Positions 1-9,751 of a DNA stretch of 64,000 bases are shown in pieces. Position 1 is the stretch's first letter. Each line of letters begins with the position of its first letter. The stretch covers positions 2,976,001-3,040,000 of the forward strand of contig OY760175.1 of NCBI GenBank assembly GCA_963663165.1. The letters are read 5' to 3'. This DNA is from an uncultured Desulfospira sp. (GTDB lineage Bacteria > Desulfobacterota > Desulfobacteria > Desulfobacterales > Desulfobacteraceae). Both the position numbers and the translations under genes were made by a program. Under the pieces are notes generated by a model. That model saw only the letters and a program-made list of their open reading frames with translations. It did no database searches and was not told where the DNA came from.

Positions 1-810
1 AGGGCGGCTTTCATTTTGAACCACCAGGTGGCCCCAAAAGCCTTAATTCATGAATACCGCTCGGTATGCGGCTTTGACCCGTCTCCCGGTCAGGCAGACC
101 TTATCCCGGCATGTTTTATCCAGACCCTGTTTGTTCCGCTTCTGGGCAAATATATCACATCTGCCTGTTTTCCCATCTCCCCCCTGGGCCTGATCCATAC
201 CCGGCAGACCATTGAACAGTTAAGGCCCGTTAAAACCGGCACCCCCCTTGACCTGACCTGCCGACTTGAATCCATGGTTAAAACAGATAAAGGGACGGTC
301 TCAACCTTCAGCCTGACGGCAGCCGCAACAGCCGGGCCGGTCTGGACCGGGGAAGCCCGGTTTCTCAGCCGGAACAAGACAATAAGCAAAAAAAAACCGC
401 CCCAGGACCATCCCCTTCCCATACATGAAACCATTCCGGTTCCCCGGGACACGGGCAGACGGTACGCCCGGGTTTCAGGCGATGTCAACCCCCATCACCT
501 GTGGCCGTTTGCGGCAAAGCTTTTAGGATTTAAACGGGCCATTGCCCATGGCATGTGGAGTCTTGCCCGGGTTTCGGCAAGCCTTGAGAAATGGGTTGAT
601 CCGGGGCAGCCGTTCAAGCTTGCCGCCTCTTTTAAACTGCCCGTATTTCTGCCGGGCCAGGTCACCTTGGGATATGAGCCCCTTAAGGCCCGTGAGGATT
701 CTGCCCAAAAAGAAGATCCGGCATCTGCGAAAGCCTGCGGGCTGTCCTTTGAACTCAGGGATGCCCAGGACGGGCGGCCCCACCTTAAAGGAGATCTGGT
801 TTCCCTTTAA
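1..810 (+). CDS. MaoC/PaaZ-family (double hotdog) acyl-CoA dehydratase, 5'-truncated by window edge
   Basis: Hydratase-2 motif YARVSGDVNPHH...AIAHGMW; reading frame is open from position 1. Confidence 0.85.
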   Translation, partial: RAAFILNHQVAPKALIHEYRSVCGFDPSPGQADLIPACFIQTLFVPLLGKYITSACFPISPLGLIHTRQTIEQLRPVKTGTPLDLTCRLESMVKTDKGTVSTFSLTAAATAGPVWTGEARFLSRNKTISKKKPPQDHPLPIHETIPVPRDTGRRYARVSGDVNPHHLWPFAAKLLGFKRAIAHGMWSLARVSASLEKWVDPGQPFKLAASFKLPVFLPGQVTLGYEPLKAREDSAQKEDPASAKACGLSFELRDAQDGRPHLKGDLVSL

Positions 811-873
811 AAAGCCGGTGAAATCTATCTTTAAAATTTGATTTACCCCGGGATTTGGTGGTAAAAAAGCCTC

Positions 874-1728
874 ATGAAACCGTCAAACCTTATATCATTT
901 CACGGGGGGCATTCAGGACAATTCTGCAACCATGCCCGGGACAGCTTGGAGCAGATTATCCAGGCGTATATCAGCAAAGGCTTTACCATGGTGGGGATCA
1001 GCGAGCATATCCCCCATTTGGAAGACCGGTTTCTGTTTCCTGAAGAGGTTGAAGCCGGGTTAAGCGCACTGGATATCCGCAACCGGTTTGAGCGGTATTT
1101 CCCCACCCTTGAGGCCTTAAGCCGTAAATACGCCCCTCAGATCAAAATTTTTAAAGGCATGGAAACCGAGGTATGGCCGGGGTATGAGGCTCAGGTAAAG
1201 GAACTTGTAGAGACCTGCAGGCCCGATTACATCATCGGCTCGGTCCATCATGTCAATGACCGCTGTTTTGACTATTCAAAGCAGGTTTACCAGGCCACGG
1301 CCCGGGAGTGCGGCGGGATTGAACAGATGTATATCCAGTATTTTGATCTTCAGTATGAAATGATCCGGAAGCTGACACCGTCTATTGTGGGCCATTTTGA
1401 CCTGATCCGGATTTTTGATCCCGACTACCGGCAGCGGATTCTTTTGCCCGGGATCCAGGAAAAAATCCAGCGGAACCTCGCCCTGATCAAGGCCCTTAAC
1501 CTTACCATGGACTTGAACCTTCGCCCCCTGTCAAGGGGGGAAGATGAGCCCTACCCCACCCGGTCTATATTAGAACAGATCCGGGCAGCCGGTATTCCCA
1601 TGGTTCCCGGGGATGACGCCCATTCCGCCGAACAGGCCGGGGGACATGTGGCACAGGCCATTGATCTTCTGGAGGCCATGGGGTTTGATACAAGCTGGCC
1701 CATTGAGGCCATAGTTAGCAGCTATTAG
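874..1728 (+). CDS. PHP-family histidinol-phosphatase (HisJ/HisK type)
   Basis: FHGGHSGQFCNHA, SEH, GSVHH, GHFDL and GDDAH metal-binding motifs. Confidence 0.85.
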   Translation: MKPSNLISFHGGHSGQFCNHARDSLEQIIQAYISKGFTMVGISEHIPHLEDRFLFPEEVEAGLSALDIRNRFERYFPTLEALSRKYAPQIKIFKGMETEVWPGYEAQVKELVETCRPDYIIGSVHHVNDRCFDYSKQVYQATARECGGIEQMYIQYFDLQYEMIRKLTPSIVGHFDLIRIFDPDYRQRILLPGIQEKIQRNLALIKALNLTMDLNLRPLSRGEDEPYPTRSILEQIRAAGIPMVPGDDAHSAEQAGGHVAQAIDLLEAMGFDTSWPIEAIVSSY

Positions 1729-1782
1729 CCTTTAGCTTTTAGCTGTGCGCTGCCTGAACCAGGCTAACGGCTAACAGCTAAA
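1712..1782. repeat. Heptameric TAGCnnT tandem repeats in inverted arms
   Basis: tagcctt-tagcttt-tagctgt ... ggctaac-ggctaac-agctaaa; same family at 15620-15691 and 59025-59049. Confidence 0.75.
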
Positions 1783-1807
1783 TACATTACAAAGGAGTAA
1801 TCGAATT

Positions 1808-2254
1808 TTGAAAGCAGTGGTCCAGCGGGTCACCCGGGCAGGGGTTGAGGTGGATGGAGAAACCATTTCAACCATTGGAAACGGTCTTTTGGTCCTTTTG
1901 GGGGCCCAGAAAGGAGACACCACAAAGGATGCGGATTTTCTGGCGGATAAAATCATTCATTTAAGGATTTTCGAAGATGACCAGGGAAAAATGAACCGGT
2001 CGCTTCTGGACGTTGGGGGGCAGCTGCTGGTGGTCTCCCAGTTTACCCTGCTCGGGGACTGCAGAAAAGGGCGGCGTCCGTCCTTTGTTGCGGCTGAAGC
2101 CCCGGACCTTGCCAAAGACCTTTACGAATATTTCATGGAACAGACCCAAAAAGCCGGGGTGGCTACCTTCCCTGGAAAATTCCAGGCCTTGATGTCGGTT
2201 TCCCTGGTCAACCACGGACCGGTCACCCTGATCCTGGACACGCAAAACAAATGA
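1808..2254 (+). CDS. dtd: D-aminoacyl-tRNA deacylase
   Basis: MKAVVQRV start, SQFTL, KGRRPSF and NxGPVT motifs; TTG start with AAGGAG RBS. Confidence 0.97.
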   Translation: MKAVVQRVTRAGVEVDGETISTIGNGLLVLLGAQKGDTTKDADFLADKIIHLRIFEDDQGKMNRSLLDVGGQLLVVSQFTLLGDCRKGRRPSFVAAEAPDLAKDLYEYFMEQTQKAGVATFPGKFQALMSVSLVNHGPVTLILDTQNK

Positions 2255-2991
2255 AACCGGAAAATCTAACCATCATCCTGGTGGCCCCCCAGGGCCCCAT
2301 CAACATCGGCAGCGTGTGCCGGGCCATGATGAACTTCGGGTTCAGCCGCCTTCGCCTGGTGACCCCGTGCAAAGAATACATGGGACTTGAAGCCAAAAAA
2401 ATGGCCCTTTCCGCCTTTGGCGTCCTGGAATCGGCCCAGGTCTTTGAGGACCTGCCCGGGGCCCTTCACGATATCCACATGGCCTTTGGCACCACCCGGC
2501 GGTTCGGGAAATACCGGAAAAACTTTTTTACCCCGGCCACGGCTGCCCAGAAAATCAATGAAACCCCGGATGATATCAGGTGCGCCCTGGTCATGGGGCC
2601 GGAAGATACCGGGCTTGAAACCCGGGACCTGGACCTGTGCCAGCATTTTATTACCATTCCCACCCATGACGGTTATCCGTCCATGAACTTAAGCCATGCC
2701 CTGTCCGTACTGCTTTACGAGGTCTCTTTGAAAACCGATGTGGTCAAGAATTTTTCTGACCCGGCCCCCAAAAAACAGGCCACGGGAACAGAAATGGAAT
2801 CCATGTTTGCCCACATGCGGGAGACCCTGCTTTCCATTGACTACCTGGACCCCCAGAACCCGGATCACCTGCTGCGGACCTTCAGGCGGATATTTGGTGC
2901 GGCCGGATTGACCTCAAGAGACGTTCGGATTATCCGGGGGCTCATGAGCCGGATCGACTGGACAGAAGCTCAGCGAAGGGAAAAATCATAA
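2251..2991 (+). CDS. trmJ: tRNA (cytidine/uridine-2'-O)-methyltransferase, SPOUT TrmJ/LasT group
   Basis: PQGPINIGSVCRAMMNFG, GPEDTGL, YPSMNLSHA motifs. Confidence 0.85.
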   Translation: MKPENLTIILVAPQGPINIGSVCRAMMNFGFSRLRLVTPCKEYMGLEAKKMALSAFGVLESAQVFEDLPGALHDIHMAFGTTRRFGKYRKNFFTPATAAQKINETPDDIRCALVMGPEDTGLETRDLDLCQHFITIPTHDGYPSMNLSHALSVLLYEVSLKTDVVKNFSDPAPKKQATGTEMESMFAHMRETLLSIDYLDPQNPDHLLRTFRRIFGAAGLTSRDVRIIRGLMSRIDWTEAQRREKS

Positions 2992-3040
2992 CGCCACCCC
3001 GGCCGGTCCGCTGACATCATGGCCCGCCAATGGGGTCCCG

Positions 3041-3343
3041 CTATTGGGGCGCGCAGAAAGCGGCCACGGCCGCCCGTTTAATTTCAACGGTTTCCCATAC
3101 CTTGCCCGTAACATAGGGTTCGCTGTCCAGCCACTGGCTTTTCAAGGCTTGTTCTGATTCAAAATCACAGACAATCATGGAACCGCACATGGCCCCCTGG
3201 TCGTCTAAAACGGCAGCCGCATAGAGCCATTTCCCGGATTCCTTCATTTTTTTAGCGGTTTCAAGGTGCGCCTCGCGGACAGCCATGCGCCGGTCTAAGG
3301 CACCGGCATCCGTGCCGTCCGTTCCCATAACGATAAACTGCAT
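3041..3343 (-). CDS. YciI-family protein
   Basis: RRMAVREAHL, GSMIVCDF, EPYVTGKVW; start reassigned to ATG 3343 with AGGAG RBS. Confidence 0.88.
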   Translation of the reverse strand: MQFIVMGTDGTDAGALDRRMAVREAHLETAKKMKESGKWLYAAAVLDDQGAMCGSMIVCDFESEQALKSQWLDSEPYVTGKVWETVEIKRAAVAAFCAPQ

Positions 3344-3568
3344 AAATCTTCTCCTGCTTAGTGTTTGGACGAAAAACCATCCATCTGCCGCGTTGCACAA
3401 AAACAGCTTACTGCGTTTCGTATATCCCATTTAAATCCTGGTATCAATATGGATCTTATGGATCATGCCGGGCAATGGCAGGTGGCCCGGCACATATGCC
3501 AGTCCAGGCAAATACGGTTTCAACCCCAATTGTTGCAATTTTTGACAATTCTCCACTCCGGCAAAAAT

Positions 3569-4291
3569 CTAAACCGATAAATGGGATTGAACGATTTCAG
3601 GATTATCCTCAAGCTGCCGGGTGGTCAGGTCGTTGACAATTTCTCCCCGGGTGTCCATAAGATAGTGGCGGCCTGCGACCTCGAGCGCCATTTGGTAATT
3701 TTGCTCGACAACCAAAAGGGTGATGCCCGATTGGACGCAGAATTTTAAAACCACATCGGTAATGGTCTGGACCAGGATCGGGGAAAGGCCCTGTGAGGGC
3801 TCGTCCAGTATAATGATCCGGGGATTGCTGATCAGGGCCCTGCCAATAGCCAGCATCTGCTGCTGACCACCGCTTAAGGTGGCACCGTCCTGATTGGCTC
3901 TTTCGGCCAGAACTGGAAAATATTCGCACACTTTTTCATATGTCCAGGCATGGTTACCATCTCCAGGCCTTTGAGCCAGGCGAAGGTTTTCCTCAACACT
4001 CAATCCCGGAAAAATGTGGCGTTCTGCCGGCACATAGGCCACTCCGAGCTTAGAGACTTTGTGGGGCTGCCAACCAGTGGTTTGCCGACCGTCAATATAT
4101 ATGCTGCCGGACCGGGGCGGGGTCAGGCCCATAATGGATCTTAAGGTTGTGGTTTTCCCAACACCGTTGCGCCCGATAATTGAGACGGCTTCCTGCTCGT
4201 ACACGTGCATGGAAAGCCCCTGGATAATGTGGCTTTCCCCGTAATAGGTCTGCATATCTTCAATTTCAAGGATCTTATGCCGCTTGTCCAA
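3569..4291 (-). CDS. livF: Branched-chain amino acid-type ABC transporter ATPase (LivF-like)
   Basis: GRNGVGKTT, LSGGQQQMLAIGRAL, LDEPSQGL; probable TTG start at 4291 (uncertain). Confidence 0.9.
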   Translation of the reverse strand: MDKRHKILEIEDMQTYYGESHIIQGLSMHVYEQEAVSIIGRNGVGKTTTLRSIMGLTPPRSGSIYIDGRQTTGWQPHKVSKLGVAYVPAERHIFPGLSVEENLRLAQRPGDGNHAWTYEKVCEYFPVLAERANQDGATLSGGQQQMLAIGRALISNPRIIILDEPSQGLSPILVQTITDVVLKFCVQSGITLLVVEQNYQMALEVAGRHYLMDTRGEIVNDLTTRQLEDNPEIVQSHLSV

Positions 4292-5021
4292 GATATGCCT
4301 CTCTGACCTGCTGATTGCTGCGAATTTCCTGAGGCGTCCCTTCTGAAATGATGCAGCCGTCCTGGAGGACCGTGATCCGGTCTGAAATCCGCATGACCAT
4401 ATCCATATCGTGCTCCACCAGGACAATGCTGATATCATCGGCCAAATCTTTGATCAAGTCTGCGATATGATGGGTTTCCGAAGGTGACATGCCGGCCGTG
4501 GGTTCATCAAGAAACAGGACCTTGGGGTCTGAGGCCAGGGCAATGGCGACCTCGAGCACCCGCTGATCCCCATAGGCCAGGTTTTTGGCCGGCAGGCCGG
4601 CCATTTCATCCAGCCCCAGGCGTTCCAGCATGGCCCATGTATCTTTAATGACCGATTTTAATTTTTGCTTTAAGGAAAATATGCGAAAAGAGCCCCCGAC
4701 TCTGGCCTGCCTGGCAATTCTCAGGTTTTCAAATACACTTAAGTTCTCAAACAGGCTGTTGATCTGGAAGGTCCGGCAAATCCCCATCTTAACCAGCTCA
4801 TGAGGGGGCGTGTGGGTAATGTCTTTTCCCTTATAAAAAATCCTTCCGGAGCTGGCCCCGATTTTTCCGGTGACAAGATTAATAAACGTGGTCTTTCCGG
4901 CACCGTTGGGACCGATAATCGAGGTTAATCCATTATCGTCAACATTGAAACAAACATCGTTGGTTGCCATAATGCCGCCGAATTGGCAGCATAAATTCTG
5001 TGTACAGAGCAAGCCTCTCAT
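4275..5021 (-). CDS. livG: Branched-chain amino acid-type ABC transporter ATPase (LivG-like)
   Basis: GPNGAGKTT, RTFQ, LAYGDQRVLE, LDEPTAGM, VEHDM, VREAYLG; start reassigned to ATG 5021. Confidence 0.92.
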   Translation of the reverse strand: MRGLLCTQNLCCQFGGIMATNDVCFNVDDNGLTSIIGPNGAGKTTFINLVTGKIGASSGRIFYKGKDITHTPPHELVKMGICRTFQINSLFENLSVFENLRIARQARVGGSFRIFSLKQKLKSVIKDTWAMLERLGLDEMAGLPAKNLAYGDQRVLEVAIALASDPKVLFLDEPTAGMSPSETHHIADLIKDLADDISIVLVEHDMDMVMRISDRITVLQDGCIISEGTPQEIRSNQQVREAYLGQAA

Positions 5022-5023
5022 TG

Positions 5024-6025
5024 TTATCCCTTTCTCAATCGTCTGATATGGCCGGTCAGGCCGGCAAACCCGGTCGGCAGGAACAGGACAAGAAAAATGA
5101 CCACAAGCCCGAGAAAAATTTCCCAATGCTCCGTCATGGTACTGATATAGTCCTGGATATAAATAAAGATGGCCGCACCGGCCAAAGGCCCCCAAAGCGA
5201 CCCCATGCCGCCCAAAAGGACCATCATAAGGACACCGGCCCCGGCAAAGGCGCTCATGGTGGACGGACCGATATACCCTTTATACAAGATAAACAAGGCC
5301 CCTGCGATACCGGCGAGCAGACAGGCCAGCATCCAGCCCAGCAGTTTGTATTTTTTAACATTGATCCCGATAAAGGCGGCCCGGCTCTCATTTTCCCGAA
5401 TGGCCTCAAGCACCGCGCCAAAAGGAGAGTTGATGATTCTGCGGGTGAGAAAAAAACAGACGGTCACAATGGCCAGTGTAAACATGTAAATCACCAGCGG
5501 GTCCCCGGAATTTCCCATGGTAATGCCGAACAGGCTGATATCCGGATTGGGCATTCCCATCAATCCGTCATCCCCGCCGGTGACATCATACCATTTCCAT
5601 ACAATGGTATGAAACATCATGCCGAATGCCAAGGTCAGCAAGGCAAAGGACAGCCCCCCGGTCCTGACCTGGACCCACCCCACGGGCAGGGCCACAACAC
5701 AGGTAAAGGCAATGCCGGCCAAACAGGCCAGCCAGAAGGATGCCGGGGATATATGGATTAAAAACAGTCCCACCACATAGGCACTGATGCCAAGATAAGC
5801 ATTGTGCATAAACGACAACAGGCCGGTATAGCCCAGCAGCACATCCAGGCTCATGGCCAGCAGCCCGTATATCATCATTTCAGTGATCAGGCTGATGTAA
5901 AACCGGTTTCCGGAAACAAAAGGAAATGCGGCCAGGCCGGAAATAAGAAGAAGAATAAAAACCATTTTAACGGGATGACGCCCTGATCCGGTGCCGGGTA
6001 TGGCTGTGGTTGCCTGCTTTTTCAT
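5024..6025 (-). CDS. livM: Branched-chain amino acid ABC permease (LivM-like)
   Basis: GYTGLLSF, TGGDDGL, SPFG...AIRENE, LGGMGSLWG. Confidence 0.92.
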   Translation of the reverse strand: MKKQATTAIPGTGSGRHPVKMVFILLLISGLAAFPFVSGNRFYISLITEMMIYGLLAMSLDVLLGYTGLLSFMHNAYLGISAYVVGLFLIHISPASFWLACLAGIAFTCVVALPVGWVQVRTGGLSFALLTLAFGMMFHTIVWKWYDVTGGDDGLMGMPNPDISLFGITMGNSGDPLVIYMFTLAIVTVCFFLTRRIINSPFGAVLEAIRENESRAAFIGINVKKYKLLGWMLACLLAGIAGALFILYKGYIGPSTMSAFAGAGVLMMVLLGGMGSLWGPLAGAAIFIYIQDYISTMTEHWEIFLGLVVIFLVLFLPTGFAGLTGHIRRLRKG

Positions 6026-6900
6026 TCAAACTTCCCCTCTCCAAGAATCCCCCGGGGCATGAAGGCAAGGATCACTGCCATGAGAATGTAAACGATGACC
6101 ATTGCAAGATCCGTGATAAAAAATTCAGCCAGCGTCTGGACGGCACCGATAAGTAACGCAGCAATGACGGCACCGCGAAGGCTGCCAAGACCGCCGATAA
6201 CAATGACCACAAAGGAACTGATCAGCATTTCCCCGCCCATGAGCGGATCGATGGTGGTCAACGGGCCTGCAATAATCCCGGCAAGGCCTGCCATAACGCA
6301 TCCAAGAACCAATGCCCCCATGTGCACATAGCGCATGTTGACCCCCAGACAGGAGACCATTTCCGGGATGGTACTCGATGCCCTGAGAATAATACCGACT
6401 TTGGTTTTGTTCAAAAACAGCATTAATGCGCCCATGATGAGTATGATCAGCAGCAGCGTTATCAGCCTGAAAACCGGGTAGTCCGTACCGAGTACGGGCA
6501 GCGTGCCCCGCATGAATAGAGGCAGCTCAATAAAACGGGGTTTGTTCCCCCAGATATACTTGATCGAACCGTCAAGAAAAAACATCAGTCCATAGGTTAG
6601 AATCAAGGTGTATACCATGGATCTTTTTCGCATGGGGGCAATAATGGCCCGTTCGATGATCAGCCCGATCCCCCCCACAATGAGAGGCGCAATCAAAAGT
6701 GCGGCAAAAAAATTCACCCCCGATGCCGTGAGTGTAAACCCGGTGTAAGCGCCCACGGCGTACAAGGCACCGTGGGCCATATTCATTATACGGCTTAAGC
6801 CGTAAATAATGTTTAAACCGATGGCTACTATGAGAAACACACCGCCAAGAACAAGGCTGTTCAAAGTAATATCGACTATAATCCCCAGTGTTCCGCTCAT
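6022..6900 (-). CDS. livH: Branched-chain amino acid ABC permease (LivH-like)
   Basis: GLNIIYGLSRIMNMAHG, VIGGLGSLRGA, PRGILG. Confidence 0.92.
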   Translation of the reverse strand: MSGTLGIIVDITLNSLVLGGVFLIVAIGLNIIYGLSRIMNMAHGALYAVGAYTGFTLTASGVNFFAALLIAPLIVGGIGLIIERAIIAPMRKRSMVYTLILTYGLMFFLDGSIKYIWGNKPRFIELPLFMRGTLPVLGTDYPVFRLITLLLIILIMGALMLFLNKTKVGIILRASSTIPEMVSCLGVNMRYVHMGALVLGCVMAGLAGIIAGPLTTIDPLMGGEMLISSFVVIVIGGLGSLRGAVIAALLIGAVQTLAEFFITDLAMVIVYILMAVILAFMPRGILGEGKFE

Positions 6901-6953
6901 AATTTAAAGTCACCCGTTCGTTGTGTTGTCATGAAAATATGAGGGTGGGCCGC

Positions 6954-8147
6954 CTACTCAGGCGGGCCAAGCTCAGCTGCCGGAAATGTATGCAGCACTT
7001 TCATATATACCGTGGCATTAAACGGATTGTCCGGCGCGGCCATGGTTTCCGTCAAAACGGCATCATTGCGCATGCAGTTGTCTTTTGGGCAAATCCTTAC
7101 CGTACCGTAGGGTCCGTCGTAACTGATTCCCTTGAGGGCCGACGCAATGGCCTTGGCATCCGTACTCCCGGCTTTGTCAATGGCGTTAAACAGGTTCATG
7201 GCCCCCACATAGCTGTGAACCGCCGCATCCGAGGGGATGGTTTTAAATTCGTTCCAGAACCGCATCTCCCAGTCGTTAGAGGCCGGGGTGTTGACATTCC
7301 AGGACCAGTCCGATACACCAAAAATACCATGGCAGGCCGTTCCGCCGGCTTCCAGTTCCAGGGGGCCGGGGGCTGCGGCGGAAACCAGTTTCACTTTGCT
7401 CTGCAGACCGAAATCAAACGCCTGTTTGGCAAAAACCGGAATCACGTTGGTGATGAATGCCATGTATACGCCGTCTGCTCCGGATGCCTTGATCTTGCTG
7501 ATATAAGATGACCAGTCCTTTGTCTTGATGGGGGCTTTGTCATATTTTTCGTTATAAATTTTAATCCCATTCTGTTTGGCCAGCGCGATAAATCTTTCTC
7601 CGGCATCATGTCCCCAGGAATAATCGTGGACAAGGACGTAATAGGTCCGGTCTTTCAGGTCGGGCCGTGAAAGGATTCCCTTGATATTGCCGACGGCGGT
7701 CTGGTCATTGGCCAACTGTCCGGATCTAAAAACCATGGGATGCAGGCCATACAGTTTAGTGGTCATGACATGGGTGCTTAAAAAGGGGACATTGAGCTTG
7801 TCAATGTTTTTGGCAAGGGCAAGGCCCACTCCACTGGATAAAACACCGATCAATGCCTTGCAGTCATCTTTGTAAACCAGTTTTTCCGCCTTTGAAACCG
7901 CAATGGGTGGTTTCACCTGGGTATCTTCCACCAGCAGCTTAATGGGTTTTCCAAGAACCGTTCCTTTTTCCCGGGCAGCCATTTCAATGCCGTACTTCAT
8001 TTCCAGTCCGCCCTGGGCGGCTATTCCGGTAAGGGGTACCAGCACCCCGATTTTAACCGGCTTTTTTGCACACACCGGATAGGGTGAAAGGAACATTACA
8101 GCGATCATGATACCCAATGAAACAGTGATTAATCTTTTCATCTCCAC
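6954..8147 (-). CDS. ABC transporter periplasmic substrate-binding protein (LivK/Peripla_BP_6 type)
   Basis: Signal peptide, VKIGVLVPLTG, EDTQ, DYSWG, DWSSYISKIKASGAD; start GTG 8147 or ATG 8141. Confidence 0.9.
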   Translation of the reverse strand: MEMKRLITVSLGIMIAVMFLSPYPVCAKKPVKIGVLVPLTGIAAQGGLEMKYGIEMAAREKGTVLGKPIKLLVEDTQVKPPIAVSKAEKLVYKDDCKALIGVLSSGVGLALAKNIDKLNVPFLSTHVMTTKLYGLHPMVFRSGQLANDQTAVGNIKGILSRPDLKDRTYYVLVHDYSWGHDAGERFIALAKQNGIKIYNEKYDKAPIKTKDWSSYISKIKASGADGVYMAFITNVIPVFAKQAFDFGLQSKVKLVSAAAPGPLELEAGGTACHGIFGVSDWSWNVNTPASNDWEMRFWNEFKTIPSDAAVHSYVGAMNLFNAIDKAGSTDAKAIASALKGISYDGPYGTVRICPKDNCMRNDAVLTETMAAPDNPFNATVYMKVLHTFPAAELGPPE

Positions 8148-8403
8148 CTCTCAATACTACACAGATAAGAAGTTATTTTTTGCCAAGCTTATGGTATCGC
8201 ATAAATGGAAAATGCAGCTCCCGCACCGTTGAAAAGGCGGTGTTTATTTGGCCCCCTCACGGCAAAACAGTCTGGCAAAAATGAGTTGTCCGGCAACGGT
8301 GGCACAGGGGGTGCCGGCTGCACGAACGCCCCTGGGACCGACAGTGTAACCACCGGTCCCAGGACTAAAGACGTTACGGAAACGTCTTGTTCAGGCGAGA
8401 GGT

Positions 8404-9051
8404 TTACAGTACGCGATATGCGTAGTAAACAATCTGAATTTTATCAGAAAAGTCTTTATTTCCAGGTAGATACGGTTTCGGATCGGAGACCAGAACTTCT
8501 TCCAGAATCTTGTCGGCCTTGATGACTTCGAGTTTTCCGGTAAATTCGTCATCAATCATATCTGTACGGTGGGAAAAGATAACCATGCCGCCGGGTTTGG
8601 TGATCCGGGCAAACTCGCGAACAACTTCAGGCACATCTTCAATGTAGGTGAGTGTGCCGATGCAGATCAGATTGGCAAACTGGTTGTCCTCATAACGGAA
8701 GGGTTTTTCATGCATGTTAACGATGTGTACATCTTCATACACACCTTTGTCTTTGGCAACAGCGGCAAAATCAGGGCTTAAATCAAAACCGATAATACTT
8801 TTAAAGCCGCCGGCGGACAGCGCTTCGCCCGTCAGTCCGCTGCCGCATCCGGCGTCACATACCGTACCGTCAACCTGCTTGTATTGGTTGAGCAGCTGCG
8901 TTGCTTTTTCCGGCGCATCATAATCCCAGCTTTTTACCGAGTCTTCGTAATTTTTGCCCCATTTGTTGTAATATTCTGCAACTTCTTCCTCTTTTTGACT
9001 CCCCTCTGCAAACCATTGATCATTGCCAAGAGTTTCTTCTTTAAATTCCAA
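8404..9051 (-). CDS. Class I SAM-dependent methyltransferase
   Basis: DAGCGSGLTG motif I, GFDLS, RITKPGG. Confidence 0.85.
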   Translation of the reverse strand: MEFKEETLGNDQWFAEGSQKEEEVAEYYNKWGKNYEDSVKSWDYDAPEKATQLLNQYKQVDGTVCDAGCGSGLTGEALSAGGFKSIIGFDLSPDFAAVAKDKGVYEDVHIVNMHEKPFRYEDNQFANLICIGTLTYIEDVPEVVREFARITKPGGMVIFSHRTDMIDDEFTGKLEVIKADKILEEVLVSDPKPYLPGNKDFSDKIQIVYYAYRVL

Positions 9052-9751
9052 ACCAGTCTCCTTAATTTTTGGTTAGCGGATCATTTTCACCCGCCATATA
9101 GTGGTTGCGGAACCTGCCGGTCCCGCAATAAAATCAACGCGATTGTAACTTTAATTTTATCTTTTCCTTTTCAACAAGAGATTAAGTACAATTTATTCCA
9201 TTTAAGGTCAAGAAAAAATACATAGAATTCGATATATTATTTTCTTGTTAAAATTGAAAAAATTTGGGTCCGTGTATATTTATAACCGAAATGTATCTAA
9301 ATTTAAGCTGGTTCTTGCGTGGATAACATATTACTATATAAGATAATTTTTGAAATAAAAACCTCAGAGCTGCATATATTTTTGACCCATAATTATATTG
9401 ATATCAATGCATCTTAATGCTTTGTGATAGAAATAAAAAAAGGGCGCCGCGGCCCCTTTGGGGAACTGGCCGCCTCATTTTCCGTTATCGGCATCGGCCT
9501 GCCGTCAGCCGGCCAGTGGTTAGCGGCCAATTATACCAAAGCGTGGGGCAGTGCCTTCTGGTCCGGGCAGACCATGGCCCTCATTATGGGTGCGGTCCTG
9601 TTTTTCATTCTGGAATACGATAAAAGAGGGGAAAAAGCCTTTACCGGAGCGGCCTTGTCTGACCGGTAATACGGCAGAATTTACGTTCCTGCTCTTGCTT
9701 TAAAATGATCATTTAGAGCAGGTGCAGGATTAAGAGCAAGATGCCTTACAC

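Noticed and set aside
9424..9669. 81-aa hydrophobic ORF between the methyltransferase promoter and cheR
   Set aside because: No clear RBS or recognisable family; it may be a gene remnant but cannot be supported.
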